Source of the DNA: Eledone cirrhosa
Lineage: Eukaryota
Reading direction: 5' to 3'
DNA length: 64,000 nucleotides
NCBI GenBank assembly: GCA_964016885.1
Contig: OZ024741.1
Span: 45,570,001 to 45,634,000, forward strand
Part shown: positions 26,903-39,636 of the stretch, piece after piece
Layout: every line of letters begins with the position of its first letter
Position numbering within the stretch: the first letter of the stretch is position 1
Position numbers and translations under genes: made by a program
Notes under the pieces: model-generated
Database searches by the model: none
What the model was told of the DNA's origin: nothing
The model's input: only the letters and a program-made list of their open reading frames with translations

Positions 26903-28256
26903 CACTACTGTCAACTACACAAATGTGACAACTTGAATCATCTTCTCATACATCACACCATTGCAGCTATTAAATGGCAGATCCCTAGTAAAGCTTGACA
27001 ACAATGATGTAATATCTTACCTCACAATTACATAAAGATGACATTAGTAATTTTCTTGGACCATATAATAGTAGAACTAAGAATGTATGGTCCGTGGAAA
27101 ATGTAGGGATAAACCCTGCAGGAAGCACCCAATTCCCAAAGCTATGTTGGAGTGGCATTTATCTAAAGCACTTTAAGTAAATCCGGTATGATATTAACTC
27201 TATGCAATTCATTGCTGTTAAACGTATGTACTTTATGACAATGATGCAAGTCATATCCATTAAATTTCCAGTGATAGGAAACGTTAGTGAAGATTATGAT
27301 TTGAATCGGGCGTTCATTAAAAATGAAAACAAATTTAAATATTCCCACGAAAATGAGAGGAAAGAAAGAGATACCATGGCCACATAAACTACAAAAATAA
27401 TCCGTTTAGATTTCAATAAGTTTGAAAACCTGTTCAGTACACCATAAATTAGAGCTATTTTTCCAAAGACATGGCTCACTGGTCGAAAAGATACGTGAAA
27501 AACTGAGTGAGGAATCCAAGAATGGCCTCACACCTACTTTACGACACATGCAAATACATCTGCTAGATGGGGTCTTTGACATTACAGCTCTGCATAAGGG
27601 AGTAGCATTTATCGATTAGATTAACATGAACGAAGATTTAATATCAGTCATTGATGAAATAACCAAAACCTTATTACTGTCCCCAACGGGTTTCCAGCAA
27701 TACTACTTAAATCAGTAAACGAGACTGACTAGGACTGCAAAAGAACATCTTCCAAAGCTTCCTGACAAATGGTAAATTCATCGGAAAGTTGAAAAAACAG
27801 AGAAATTTACCTTTCCATAATAGAAAAAGCATAGATATCAGCATAGTTATGGGAAAATTTATCAGGGAGGAACTGATTACGTTCCAAGAGCAATGACTTA
27901 CTACCTGACAACGGTCATAGCTTCTGTCCAGGAAGACGCTGACGTAAAGTATTTTGCAGCTTCATATTAAAATAATGAGATGGCAGTTAAAACGATCCAA
28001 AAGGTGAAATATTCCCATTTTGGAAAGGTTTTCCAAAAGATTGATTCGGGAATGTTATAGCACAAAATATAATAGCCATTCTGTTGCATCCAAGAGGTTC
28101 CTTTTGAAGGAAACATTAGTAGTGAGGAATGTAACATTAATAGTGAGTAGGCCAGGCTGGGGAAAACCGAGAAGATAGATAGATAGATTGGTATATATTT
28201 ATATATAGAGAGAGAAATAGAGTGAAAGAGAGAGAGAAAGAACGAGAGATGGATAG

Positions 28257-28301
<45 letters not shown>

Positions 28302-28392
28302 CAAAGGAATTGTGGTAAGGAACCAGATGGACCATACCGCACTAGAGTACTCAATACTTAGGGTAGTAGAGTGGGAAATAGGAAAAAGTATG

Positions 28393-28488
28393 ACCCTGAC
28401 GGTAGAGCTCAAGCCGTTTCGACGGCTATTTCTGGACTAAATTAGAATATTTAGCCTGGTGAATAAATAGCCGAACTTGTCAAGGGGT
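28393..28488 (-). ncRNA. Hammerhead, U3-A8 variant (family B)
   Basis: ACCCC-TTGACAA-GttCGGCTATTT...AAATAGCCGtC-GAAA-CGGC(TTGAGCTCT)ACCG-TC-AGGGT. Confidence 0.75.
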
Positions 28489-28810
28489 ACTTCCTTATAT
28501 CGGAAGATTGTAGTTGTCAAGAATTTGTTGTAAACACAAATAAGTCTATCATGGAATTTGGTGGGGGGTAGGGTGGCTGAACTTGCCTGTAAAACAATAG
28601 GGGAGTGAGTGGAGCCTGTCAAGCGTTGAAAGTGATATGTATACAGCAGATTCTAAGGATAGTGTATGAAATGGAGGAGGAGGGTTATAGAATAGGTAAA
28701 TCAAATGAGAGTAGGAGACAATTGTCTCCTACTCTCACCAAATGCCATGATAAACGTATTTGTGTTTACAACAAATTCTTGACAACTACAATATTCCCAT
28801 ATAAGGAAGT

Positions 28811-28908
28811 ACCCCTTGACAAGTTTGGGTATTTAATCACCAGTCTAAACAAATTCTAATTTAGTCCAGAAATAGCCGTCGAAACGGCTTGAGCTGTGCC
28901 GTCGGGGT
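28811..28908 (+). ncRNA. Hammerhead, U3-A8 variant (family B)
   Basis: ACCCC-TTGACAA-G...C-GAAA-CGGC(TTGAGCTGT)GCCG-TC-GGGGT; perfect stems I and III; GUC site. Confidence 0.8.
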
Positions 28909-30263
28909 CATACTTTTTCCTATATATATATATATATATGTTAAGAGAGAGAGAGAGAGATGGATATTTATATATATATATATATATAGGAAAATGTTTA
29001 ACCCCGACGGCAGAGCTCAAGCCGTTCCGACGGCTATTTCTGGACTAAATTAGAATTTTTAGCATGGTAAATGAATAGCCTAAATTTTCAATGGGTAATT
29101 CTTTATATGGGAAGATTGTAGTTGTCAAGGGGATTGGTCAAAATTTCTTGTAAACACAATTAAATCTTTCATGGCAGTGGGTGGGAGGTGGGCGTGGCTG
29201 AACTCGCCTGTAGAACAATGAGGGAGTGGGTGGAGCCGGTCAAGCGTTGAAATTGAATTCTATACAGCAAATTCTAAGAAGTGTGTATGAAATTAGGCTA
29301 GTAAGGAAGCAGGCGACAAAGGATTCTGGAGGAATTAGAGGGTGGGGCCTTATAGAATAGGTTAATAAATTGAGATTAACAGGTAATAAATAAGCAAAAA
29401 TAATATAAAAATAATAAAATTAAATAGTAAAAAGTAAAACTCACTAGAGTCTAAAGCAGCTGTTATATTTAGTTGGTATTTCGTTTTCGGCTACTGCTAT
29501 ATATATAATTTACTGGTGTGGGGATACTGAGGCTACAAAAGCCCAGTGAGCAGTCTCCGGGTATGTGAAATGGCGAAAAGGAAAAGGAAGAGAAGAGGGA
29601 GTGGAAGGAAGTGATAGGAAGGGATAAAGGGAAGAATAAAAGTAAAAGGAAACGAACAGAAGTACATCTACCTATGTTAGCTGGGGTTTTCCCTATCTTG
29701 TTCGGCAAGTGGGGAAGAGAAGGATGTTGCAGCCATTGTCTTCCCACCAGGGTCATGAGGGGGTTTGAGGGCGAGGTCAGTCCTAAGCAATCGGTGTTTA
29801 CATGCAGTTACAAGTTCGTCTTTTTTGTTTAGGAGTGGTCCTTCGTAAACAGCATTTGTAATGTTTCCTCCAAGCCTTCTTCTTTACTAGCCTAATTTCA
29901 TACACAATCCTTAGAATTTGCTGTATAGAATTCACTTTCAACGCTTGACCGGCTCCACCCACTCCCTCATTGTTCAGACACCCCCAACTCCCACCCACTG
30001 CCATGAAAGATTTAATTGTGTTTACAAGAAATGTTGACCAATCCTTTTGACAACTACAATCTTCCCATATAAGGAATTACCCATTGAAAATTTAGGCTAT
30101 TTATTTACCACGCTAAAAATTCTAATTTAGTCCAGAATTAGCCGTCGGAACGGCTTGAGCTCTGCCGTCGGGGTTAAACCTTTTCCTATTACCCACTCTA
30201 CTACCCTAAGTATTGAGTACTCTGGTGTGTTATGGTACACCTGGTTCCTTACCACACATCCTT

Positions 30264-30325
<62 letters not shown>

Positions 30326-30374
30326 TAATAAAAACAATGAATAAAAACAGACACAGTTCCTTATATTAAAAAAT

Positions 30375-30512
30375 TCATCATTTTACGATCGTTTCTAGGA
30401 TATATATGTGTGTGTTGGTATGTATATCATATAGATCTATGTAAACATTTTACATACTATCAGAGGGAATATACATACTTACACATATATATGCTGTCTT
30501 CAGAAATAATGA
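30375..30512 (-). ncRNA. Hammerhead with ~100-nt stem II (family Q)
   Basis: Reverse-complement counterpart of 34615-34756. Confidence 0.78.
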
Positions 30513-31505
30513 TATTTGTTTATTGAAAAACACCAACAAAGATTTAATATAATAAGTCTGTTTGGGAACAGGTTTTGAATTGACCAATAGAAGAGTAGTA
30601 AATGGTCAAGTTGATAGAATAGTAGTAGTAGAAATTTAATTTAGGGGTACAGGAATGCAGACTTCAGTTTTGAATGGAAATAATACTTTGAATGAAAAGT
30701 TTAATTTGGGGATGAAAAGAGGTCAAGTCGGTGAAAGGTACACGAAAATTTGATGTTATTAAAGAATAATGCTAATGTTAAAGTTGAAGGAGAATAAAAT
30801 TTTAGGATAAATGTGTTAGTGAGAAATACCAATCTTATAAAAATATAAGGAATTTAGATCTATAAAAAGAAATTAAATTAATTTAATTTATAGGTATACT
30901 TATAGGGATAAATTTATATTAATTCATATAGATGTGATAAATAAGAGTTACTTGTTATTAAAGAATGTTGTTAAAAACGAAGGAAAACATTTTGGGGGGA
31001 TAATAAATTTTTGGGATAAATGTATTAGTGAGAAATAACAAACTTTTATAGACTACAAGGAATTTAGATTCATAACAGGAAATTAAAATAGCTTATATGT
31101 ATAGTTATTGGTATTAATTTTAGGAAAAGATAGCAGTAAAAGGGAAATAAAATTATGAAGTTCTCAGTAGTAAAATACTAATTATAGGTTAACTAAATTT
31201 AAAAAAAAACTAATTATAATAATGTGTAAAATAAAAGTGTATATTAATTAGGTTTATAATATTTGAAAGTTCTTCTAATTCTATGATTGCACGATATAAA
31301 TAATTCTTGTCGCTTATTTAATAGGATATCCTTAGATTTCATTATTTTAAAAAGTTCCTATGAACATAATCTATACTCATATCTGTTATTTTGATAAGGG
31401 GTGGCCCATTTGAGCACACTCCAGGTCAGGTTATAATCGATATTCTTTTTTCTATAATTATTAATTATTTCAGCCAAGGATGTTGTATTAGCTAATGCGG
31501 CATTT

Positions 31506-31808
31506 TTAAAACTGTTTGTGGGTATTAAATATTACTTTAAACTGGTTAGAAGTAGCTCCTATATATGAATAAGTTGAGTCCTTAGTGCTAATTTTACATT
31601 TATATACTATGTTATTAATAAGACAATTTCCTTCTAATGGGCAATTTGCTTTGTTTCTACAATTACAACCATTCGTGAATATTATATCAGGGGAGTTAGT
31701 CAAATTAGGTGTGGAATTTACTCGACTTGTTGTATGTGAAGGAGATGGTGGTTTGCTGCGGTTTATTTTAGTATTATGGTTAGTTTGATGTGTTGATGGT
31801 ATATTCAT
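31506..31808 (-). pseudogene. Frameshifted PLE CxC linker and GIY-YIG start
   Basis: CNCRNKANCPLEGNCLINNIVYKC...YIGATSNQFK. Confidence 0.85.
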
Positions 31809-33415
31809 GGTTTCTTTTTACATTTATATGCATTGTAGGCACTTATAGTTTGTTGTATATTTTTGGTAGTGGAGTAGGAAAATTTGACCGCTGATCTATT
31901 TAAAATTTGATGGTATTTATGGTTTTGCGGGAAGTTTTTCTCTAGGATAGTAAAAAAATGTTTAGGGATATTATCTTTAATTTGTAGATTAAATGGAGCA
32001 TTATACCAAGTAACTCGTCTATTACAGTTTCGATGCTGATTTTTATTTTTATACGATGTATCCTGATGTTTACTAAGAGAGTTTGTATTAGTGAATTTAT
32101 TATACATATGTTTAGTTAGATTCACTGATTTAGGTGTTTTAGTCTGATTATTAGGAATTTTGTTAAAAATGTTATTAACATATATTGGAGTATTAGGATG
32201 AATGGTTTTTTGAAAGTTATTATATTGTATGTGAGAAGAGGTAGAGAAATTAAGTTTTAATTTGGTATTTTGGGGTATAGTGTGAGTGGCATTTAAGTGT
32301 GTATTTTTCATTTGGTGTGTGTTGGTAATATTGTGTTGTATGTTTGTAGTATTATTGGTACAAGGTATATAGACTAATTTGTTTTTATGGCCGATTCTAG
32401 TTAAAGCTTCGTTATAAAAGGTCGCATTTTTATCGAATATATCCTGGTTAGATGAAAGGTTAGAAATTCTGAGTGAGATATTATATGCAAGGTTTTTAAG
32501 GATAGATCTAGGGTGATTGGATTGTGAGTGAATGTAATGTAAGTTTTGGTTAGGTTTATGGTAAGGTTGGTAGATACCCGTAGATAAGTCTAAAGTTATA
32601 TCAAGGAAATTAACTACTTTACTGGTGTTTTCAAATGTAATAGTGAGACTATAATAGTCTTTGAGGAAAGTTCTAAGTTTTTTATTTTTTTCAATTTCTG
32701 ATAGGCTAAGGTTAGTGGAAAGAAGAAGACAATCATCACGATACAAACCACCTTTAAGGTGGGGAAAAGAAGCATTTATGTTAAATAGAAGAAAGAGGCC
32801 CACAAGATCGGTAATTTGGGCAGAATCATTAGAGCCCATACTAATGTCGAATAGATTACTATATGTATTTCTGGTCCAGTATTTCTTCTGAAATTCCAGT
32901 AGTGTTTGTCTAGCGTGTGTGATAATATTAATGTCATCCATAGTTAAGTTTGATCTATTTTTGGCAAATATCAAGGCTTTGTTCAGGAGTATGGGTGACA
33001 TAGAGGGATAATAAGCATCTATATAGAATTGTAGAAATGAAGCAGATGATTTATTTCTAATATTAGTAAACCAGTTTATTACCTGGGATGTGTTTTCCCA
33101 GAGTGGTAAATTAACTTGTTTTCTTAATTGTGGGATGACTCTATCTAAAATTGTTTTACTAATGATGCCAATGTCAGATTTGGAAGGGCATATAAGTCTT
33201 ATAGAAGGATTAGAGTTAAAATTAGATTTGTGATCTTTCAGGTTAAAGTGTGGTTTTTTCAGTGCCAAAGGTTCAGTTCTATGTTCAATATTGAGTTCAT
33301 TTACTATGTTGTGTGTTTTGTTGTTGATATTGGTAAGTGCCGCATTATTTGTTTTTTTATAATTTTTCCTGAGTTCTTTATAAATGAAGATTTCCAGTTT
33401 TGTCAGAGTGGACAT
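31805..33415 (-). CDS. PLE reverse transcriptase, 5'-truncated and frameshifted before the endonuclease
   Basis: LKDHK...RLICP, FYIDAYYPS, FDISMGSNDSAQITDLVG, GLYRDDCL, NFLDITLDL, SNHP, WYNAPF. Confidence 0.9.
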   Translation of the reverse strand: MSTLTKLEIFIYKELRKNYKKTNNAALTNINNKTHNIVNELNIEHRTEPLALKKPHFNLKDHKSNFNSNPSIRLICPSKSDIGIISKTILDRVIPQLRKQVNLPLWENTSQVINWFTNIRNKSSASFLQFYIDAYYPSMSPILLNKALIFAKNRSNLTMDDINIITHARQTLLEFQKKYWTRNTYSNLFDISMGSNDSAQITDLVGLFLLFNINASFPHLKGGLYRDDCLLLSTNLSLSEIEKNKKLRTFLKDYYSLTITFENTSKVVNFLDITLDLSTGIYQPYHKPNQNLHYIHSQSNHPRSILKNLAYNISLRISNLSSNQDIFDKNATFYNEALTRIGHKNKLVYIPCTNNTTNIQHNITNTHQMKNTHLNATHTIPQNTKLKLNFSTSSHIQYNNFQKTIHPNTPIYVNNIFNKIPNNQTKTPKSVNLTKHMYNKFTNTNSLSKHQDTSYKNKNQHRNCNRRVTWYNAPFNLQIKDNIPKHFFTILEKNFPQNHKYHQILNRSAVKFSYSTTKNIQQTISAYNAYKCKKKP

Positions 33416-33678
33416 GGATTTTGATAGATTTTTTTTAGATCCAATAGGGTAGAATCAAGATCCTTTTGAAAATTAGATTTATATTTCTAAAATTTGTTTC
33501 TTTGTTTTTATTCATTGTTTATATTAATTTATCTTGACTCTGTTTTCCTGTGATTTTAATCGAAAAAAACTTTTGAATACATCTTTTCTTTTCATGATAT
33601 TTGGATTACATTGAGTTCTTCATACAGATTGGACACTACCGTATATTTTGGTAGATTTATCTACATATATATATATAT

Positions 33679-34195
33679 ATGTGCTACCTGCAGTATTTTT
33701 CTCTATATTTTAATACATATGTTTACCACTGCGATTCTGTGTTTTTTCTCTCTTACTGTTCCCCCATTCTCTCTGTTTCTCCCCCTCTGTCTTGTCCGTT
33801 AACTCTTCCTCACACTTTCACTCACTCACTGTTTTTCTCCATCTTCTCTTCATTTCATCCTGCACTCACGAACGCTATTTTTTTCTCTCTCTGCTCATAG
33901 CCCTCGTTCGTGTAGGTTCTATTCTCTAAGCGCTCATATATTCACCTAGCTTATGCTAAACAGAATAATTTTTGAAGCTTGTTTCTGTCCCCTACGGTAT
34001 GCTATATTTTCTGTTGTTCTCCTGTCTCACTCGCTTTACGCGTTTTAATTGTCCTAATAACTTATTTTGGTTATTATTGCACCGAAGTGAGATATATGAT
34101 TTTTAATGCAATGAAATATCTATGATCTTCGGCAAATCACTGATGAGGGACTTATTTTATTACATGTTATCCATGTGCTACCTGCAGTATTTTTT

Positions 34196-34200
<5 letters not shown>
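33679..34200 (+). repeat. ~494-bp unit with 25-bp direct repeat and a truncated HHR 5' half
   Basis: ATGTGCTACCTGCAGTATTTTT at 33679 and 34173; CTGATGA-GGGA...TCC at 34140 with no GAAA following. Confidence 0.5.
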
Positions 34201-34273
<73 letters not shown>

Positions 34274-34350
34274 TAGATAGATAGAGAGATATAGATATAA
34301 CTATCTATCTCTCCCTCTCTCTCTTTCTCTCTCTCTCTCGAGATGGATAG

Positions 34351-34397
<47 letters not shown>

Positions 34398-34614
34398 TCA
34401 GCATACGACCTATTTTCTTCCCTAAAATAATCCTTCATTCATAATATTCTTTTCCATCCAAAACTGAATTCTACCTTCCTCTACCCATAATTTAAGGTTC
34501 TTCTACTACTATATTACTATCTTGACCCTTACTATCTCTCTATTGGTCAATTCAAAACCTGTTCCCAGACAGACCTATTGTATTGAATATTTGTTTTTGT
34601 TCAATAAACAAATA

Positions 34615-34756
34615 TCATTATTTCTGAAGACAGCATATATATGTGTAGGTATGTATATTCCCTCTGATAGTTTGTATAAATATTGTACATAGATCTATAC
34701 AATATGCATACCAACTCTAACACATATATATCCTAGAAACGATCGTAAAATGATGA
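34615..34756 (+). ncRNA. Hammerhead with 105-nt stem II (family Q)
   Basis: TCATTATTT-CTGAAGA-CAGcATATATATGTGT...ACACATATATATcCTA-GAAA-CGATCG-TA-AAATGATGA. Confidence 0.8.
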
Positions 34757-34806
34757 ATTCTTTTTAATATAAGGAACTGTTTCTTTGTTTATTCATTGTT
34801 TTATTA

Positions 34807-34875
<69 letters not shown>

Positions 34876-34918
34876 ACTATCCATCTCTCTTTTTATCTCT
34901 CTTTCTCTCTCCCTCTCA

Positions 34919-34987
<69 letters not shown>

Positions 34988-35068
34988 TATACACTATCAA
35001 CCTATCTATCTATCTATGTATCTATATATATATATAATTTGAGATCAATATCCCCACAGGTACTATGT

Positions 35069-35663
35069 ACCGTCGGTAAAAGCAATATGGATAGGTAAAT
35101 ATTTAAATTGTATTTTGAATTTATTTTGAAAGATCGTTTAATTTTGCTTGTTCCGCTCATTTCAATATAATACAGTTGTTGTTCAATGGTATTAATTTGA
35201 GATACCAGAACTATAAAATTGAAATGAGCGGAACAAGCAAATTTTAAACAATGTTTCAAAATAAATTCAAAATACAATTTAAAAATGTACCTATCCATAT
35301 TGCTTTCACCGACGGTTTCGCCTCACAAAAAATTGGAAATCCATGTGGCAAACAACACGTCTATAATATTTCCGCTTCTACTAACGACTAGTTCACGTGT
35401 AGGTCATGTTTACGACCTCACTCGATCTTTCACTAGCTGTCTGAAGGCAATGTATTTGCCTGCTATGGGACCATATGTCCTATGTAAGGGAAAACGCTTT
35501 CTGAAGAGCCGATCTTTCCTTTGGAAGTCCCTTGGATTTCCAATCTTGTGTGAGGCGAAACCGTCGGTAAAAGCAATATGGATAGGTAAATATTTAAATT
35601 GTATTTTGAATTTATTTTGAAAGATTGTTTAAATTTTGCTTGTTCCGCTCATTTCAATTTTAT
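35069..35663. mobile_element. Family S direct/inverted repeat; intact HHR 35496-35574 (+)
   Basis: GCTTT-CTGAAGA-GCC...GGC-GAAA-CCGTCGG-TA-AAAGC; direct copies at 35069 and 35560, inverted copy 35205-35345. Confidence 0.85.
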
Positions 35664-35680
35664 CTATATATATATATATA

Positions 35681-35945
35681 TAGTTATGTAATAAACAACA
35701 TAAGATAATTATTTCATTTACCTGTGGTTTCTTGGAGGCAGATGTTTTGTCTGTCTTCAGTCGTCAGAATGAATAAATAACATGGTGTTTTTATTAAATA
35801 TGGTCTTTATTAAATATGGAAATCCATATTTAATAAAAACACGATGTTATTTATTCATTCTGACGACTGAAGACAGACATAACATCTGCCTTCAAGAAAC
35901 CACTGGTAAATGAAATAATTATCTTATGTTGTTTATTACATAACT
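35681..35945. mobile_element. Family T inverted pair; HHRs 35713-35773 (-) and 35854-35914 (+)
   Basis: TTCATT-CTGACGA-CTGAAGaCAGA...TCTGcCTTCAA-GAAA-CCACTGG-TA-AATGAA. Confidence 0.83.
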
Positions 35946-36029
35946 AATAAGCTCTGTAGCCTACATAGAACCCTCTTTTTTCCTGTACCTTTCTGACGGA
36001 AATACTTTATTCACACACGCACATATATA

Positions 36030-36130
36030 TAATTAGAACAGTGACATAAACAGGTACTCAAATTTCAATGGGTTCTGGGGCCCAGAACCCAACGAAACTT
36101 GAGTACCTGTTTATGTCACTGTTGTAATTA
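36030..36130. repeat. Palindrome containing an HHR 3' half
   Basis: Near-perfect inverted repeat; C-GAAA-CTTGAG-TA just right of centre. Confidence 0.6.
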
Positions 36131-37898
36131 TTTATACTAAACTCGTCCTATGGACTGAGTGCTCTTACTCTTGGATATTTCCACTTAACTTTTACTTCAG
36201 TACACTCAAGCCTTAACTTAGTACCAACACTGTTGGTAACTGCTTTCCTTGTTATTGTTTTTGCTTTTTACTTTGCCAATATATATATATATATATAGCC
36301 GTAGTTTTAATCAATTCTTCCGTTAATTTCGTTTCCAAAAATCCAGTTAAGATTCCTCTCTGTTCTTTCCCCATTTGCAGCCATCATTACGTTGAGGAAA
36401 TTGAGTCTCTTTTGTTTACATCGGGGAATATATCTATTGTCAGTTGTGTGTGTGAAACCGGAGAAATGCTGCTGTTATATATTACAAGTAATAAAAGAGT
36501 GTGCAAAGGTTTTGCATCTAATTAATCGCCATTAATATTTTATACTTCCTACAACCGGGATGTGTACTACTTCTCATTATGTCTCGTGGGTTTTTGGCGG
36601 ATAATGGTAGTATTAGTTTGAAGATTTGTGTAGAATATCGAAATATCGGGGGAGAAATGCGTCGACAGCAAATGGTTTTCTTGCACGATATAATTCTACG
36701 AGATTAGGTGAATTGTATCAAACAATGAGAATGTTTGTGGTTCACATACATAAAAATAGCTAAGTCAATCAAAGCTTTCAAGATGTGTATTCTGTGAGAT
36801 TGGATGTTACTAGATAGAATGTTGTATGTTTTAATTTTGATTTGTATTTTTTATGTGCTAGTCACACGAAGTAAGAAAGTTGACCTCTATAAAGCATGCT
36901 GTTTTCTTCTAGTATGATTGATAAGGTCGTTGTTTCTATGAAGCAGTTGGAATGTTTTAATTTTGTTTTGTTTTATGAGCTAGTCACATGAAGTAAAGCG
37001 GTAGCCGTAATATTTCAAAGTTTCCAGGTCTCGTCTTGTATGATGGATAGCTTTGATGTTCAATTTGAGAAGCTACAGATAGACTAATATTTCGTTATAG
37101 ATAAATACCCATATGTATGACAAGGAAATATTTACCCAGACAATAGTATACGGTGGCAGAACAGGGTAAATCAGGGGAAGGAAAAGAAAATCAGAACAGC
37201 CATAGGCCATGGGAAGAATGTCCAATAACATTTTGATAGAATTATCTTCCCTTGTTTCCTCTTTTCTTTTTTGGTTTCCTATGCATAATCTGCCTCCCAT
37301 TGGCCATTCAATATTTGAATTTTTATTTTATTTTATTTTATGTTTTTCTCTTTTTTATTTTTTCATTTTTTGACATTACTTGTCTCCCTAGCTCTTTTTG
37401 GTACTCTTTTTGGTACTGTAATGTACTGTAAGGTACTGTAAGGTACTGTAAGGAGTACTCGACGCTTCTCCTAGTCTGTCATAGCTTACTAGCTCTATAC
37501 AGACGTTTAAATTGAATAAATAATTAAATAGTTGTGGAGAGATAAGACGGAAGACTTGGGGTAGATGGATATTTCAGGAAATGCGAACACAATGTGATGG
37601 TGGGCAGCACATATAACCAGAACAGAGGAAAATAGATGGAAGGAAAGAACGGACTAGTTTCCATGAGAGGTGGGTTGAGAATGAGGGGCAGGGAGAATAG
37701 ATGCAGGTACCAAATAAAAACAAAATAGATACAAAATATTTCATACTTTCGTAGTGGCTATTGGAAGTACAAGCCCAGTGTTAATATATCATTCTCTGTC
37801 AGCATCTGAAATTTTCGCTGGTTCAAGAAAGGTAGAGAGTCAGTGGACCTCTAAGCTTGATCAGGACTGCAAGGGGTTCTAAAATCTTACCTATGGCG

Positions 37899-37930
<32 letters not shown>

Positions 37931-37934
37931 AATA

Positions 37935-38135
37935 TATGAAAAAGTATGACCCCGACGGCAGAGCTCAAGCCGTTTTGACAGCTATTTCTGCACTAAATAG
38001 TCCAGAAATAGCCGTCGAAACGGCTTGAGCTCTGCCGTCGAGGTCATACTTTTTCATATTACCCATTCTACTACCCTAAGTATTGAGTACTCTGGTGCGT
38101 TATGGTCCATCTGGTTCGTTACCACAATTTCTTCG
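37935..38135. repeat. Family B fragment with inverted duplication
   Basis: GACCCCGACGGCAGAGCTCAAGCCG and its reverse complement. Confidence 0.8.
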
Positions 38136-38199
38136 TTATATATATATATATAATTCGATTGGTATCTGCTATACTTCGGTTATATATATACATATATAT

Positions 38200-38387
38200 A
38201 ATTGTTTCTACTTTTGGTACAAGGCCAGCAATTACCCAGTACATTACTGGTACTTTATTTTATCGACCCCGTAAGGATGAAAGGCAAAGTTAACCTCGGC
38301 GGGATTTGAACTCAGAATGGCAAGGAGCGTAACTCTATACGTCAAAGCATTGCGTCCGACTCTCTACCAATACTGCCAATTCACCGT
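38200..38387 (-). mobile_element. SINE family 1
   Basis: Full A-box, B-box and 3' domain on minus strand. Confidence 0.8.
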
Positions 38388-39250
38388 GAGTATAAATTGA
38401 TGTTGTAACCGCAGTATAGCAGATACCACCCGCTAGCGTGAAAGGTTGATACACTTTCATCCAGAGTAAACAAAAGGTTAATAAGTGAGACAAGAATAAA
38501 TATGGCCATATTAATACCACGACAAAGATATATATAAACAGGTCGAATACTATATATGTGTGTGTGCGTGTGTACATATGTGTGCGCGCATGCGTGTGTG
38601 AGTGTGTATGTATGTTTACATATATGAAGGAATATACAATATGATTATGTTAATAAACATATATGAGTTCCGCTTTGAATATTTTATGCTGTGATCATAT
38701 GACATCTATCTAAATAGCTATACGAAAATGTCAGACAAGGGTTTCTAGATTTTCCTTCGTCATCAGTGACATTTCGTCACTCGGTACAGAGACAAGAATA
38801 AACTTAAATAGTTTTATTTTTTGAAATATTGGCTGTTTCATCGTAAGCCAAATATCCCACTCACAAAGTCATGTGCGTTCATATACATACATTGGTGCAT
38901 AGAAACACACATACTTACATATATCTATATACTCACATACATGTCTACATTCATGAATACATACATAAGTGCTTACATACATACATATATACATACATAC
39001 ATACATGCATACATACATGCATACATAGATGTGTGCATACATGCATACACACATACATACATATATACACACATATATAAATACATACATACATGTATGC
39101 ATACATACATAGATAAATACATACATACATACATACATACATACATGCACACATACATGCATACATATATACACATATATAAATACATACATACATACAT
39201 GTATGCATACATACATGTGTACATACATACAAACATTCATGCATGCATAC

Positions 39251-39412
39251 GAGTGTCATCGCCAATGCAACAATATTAATGGAAGACAAAATCAGTGCAA
39301 TGCTGTATCCTGTTAGCAAGGAAGGTGAACAAAACAACACAGGCAGATGAAAAAAGAACAGTTGGTGACCATATTTCTGCAAGGCGCCATTAATGTGAAC
39401 ATAAATGAAGAT
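39251..39412 (-). other. Candidate phase 0-0 coding exon of a membrane protein
   Basis: CTAAT...TTAATCAG acceptor, 54 stop-free mostly hydrophobic codons (IFIYVHING...SINIVALAMTL), GTATGC donor. Confidence 0.3.
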
Positions 39413-39636
39413 CTGATTAAATATTAGTTTCTACAAGCCAGGTTACTAAGCCAACACAACTCACTGAACTTGCGGCAAAATCTAACTTGACAAAAATGTT
39501 TTGAATGTTTAGCCCATGTTGCTTTGGGAGAACGAAACGGAGTGAATTCACGAAAGAGAGTATATACAACTGCTGTTGTTATTGTCGCTGCTACTGCTGT
39601 TGTTGTTGTTGCCTTTGTTGTAATTATTATTATTAT

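Larger units (their letters stand above)
28298..30270. mobile_element. Family B cluster: two inverted pLTR-like pairs
   Basis: 28298-28700 vs 28720-28925 and 28988-29845 vs 29860-30270; (TA)n flanks. Confidence 0.8.
30323..34812 (-). mobile_element. Hydra-clade-like PLE with 3' pLTR (30323-~30700) and inverted 5' pLTR (~34410-34812)
   Basis: RT ORF, frameshifted GIY-YIG ending LLNKRQELFISCNHR, and inverted terminal copies each carrying an HHR. Confidence 0.88.

Noticed and set aside
36300-36750. Possible decayed PLE linker/endonuclease on the minus strand (GCRK...RCKT)
   Set aside because: Too degraded to support without an alignment
37800-37875. CTGATCA...GCGAAA on the minus strand
   Set aside because: Non-canonical core and no stem I pairing
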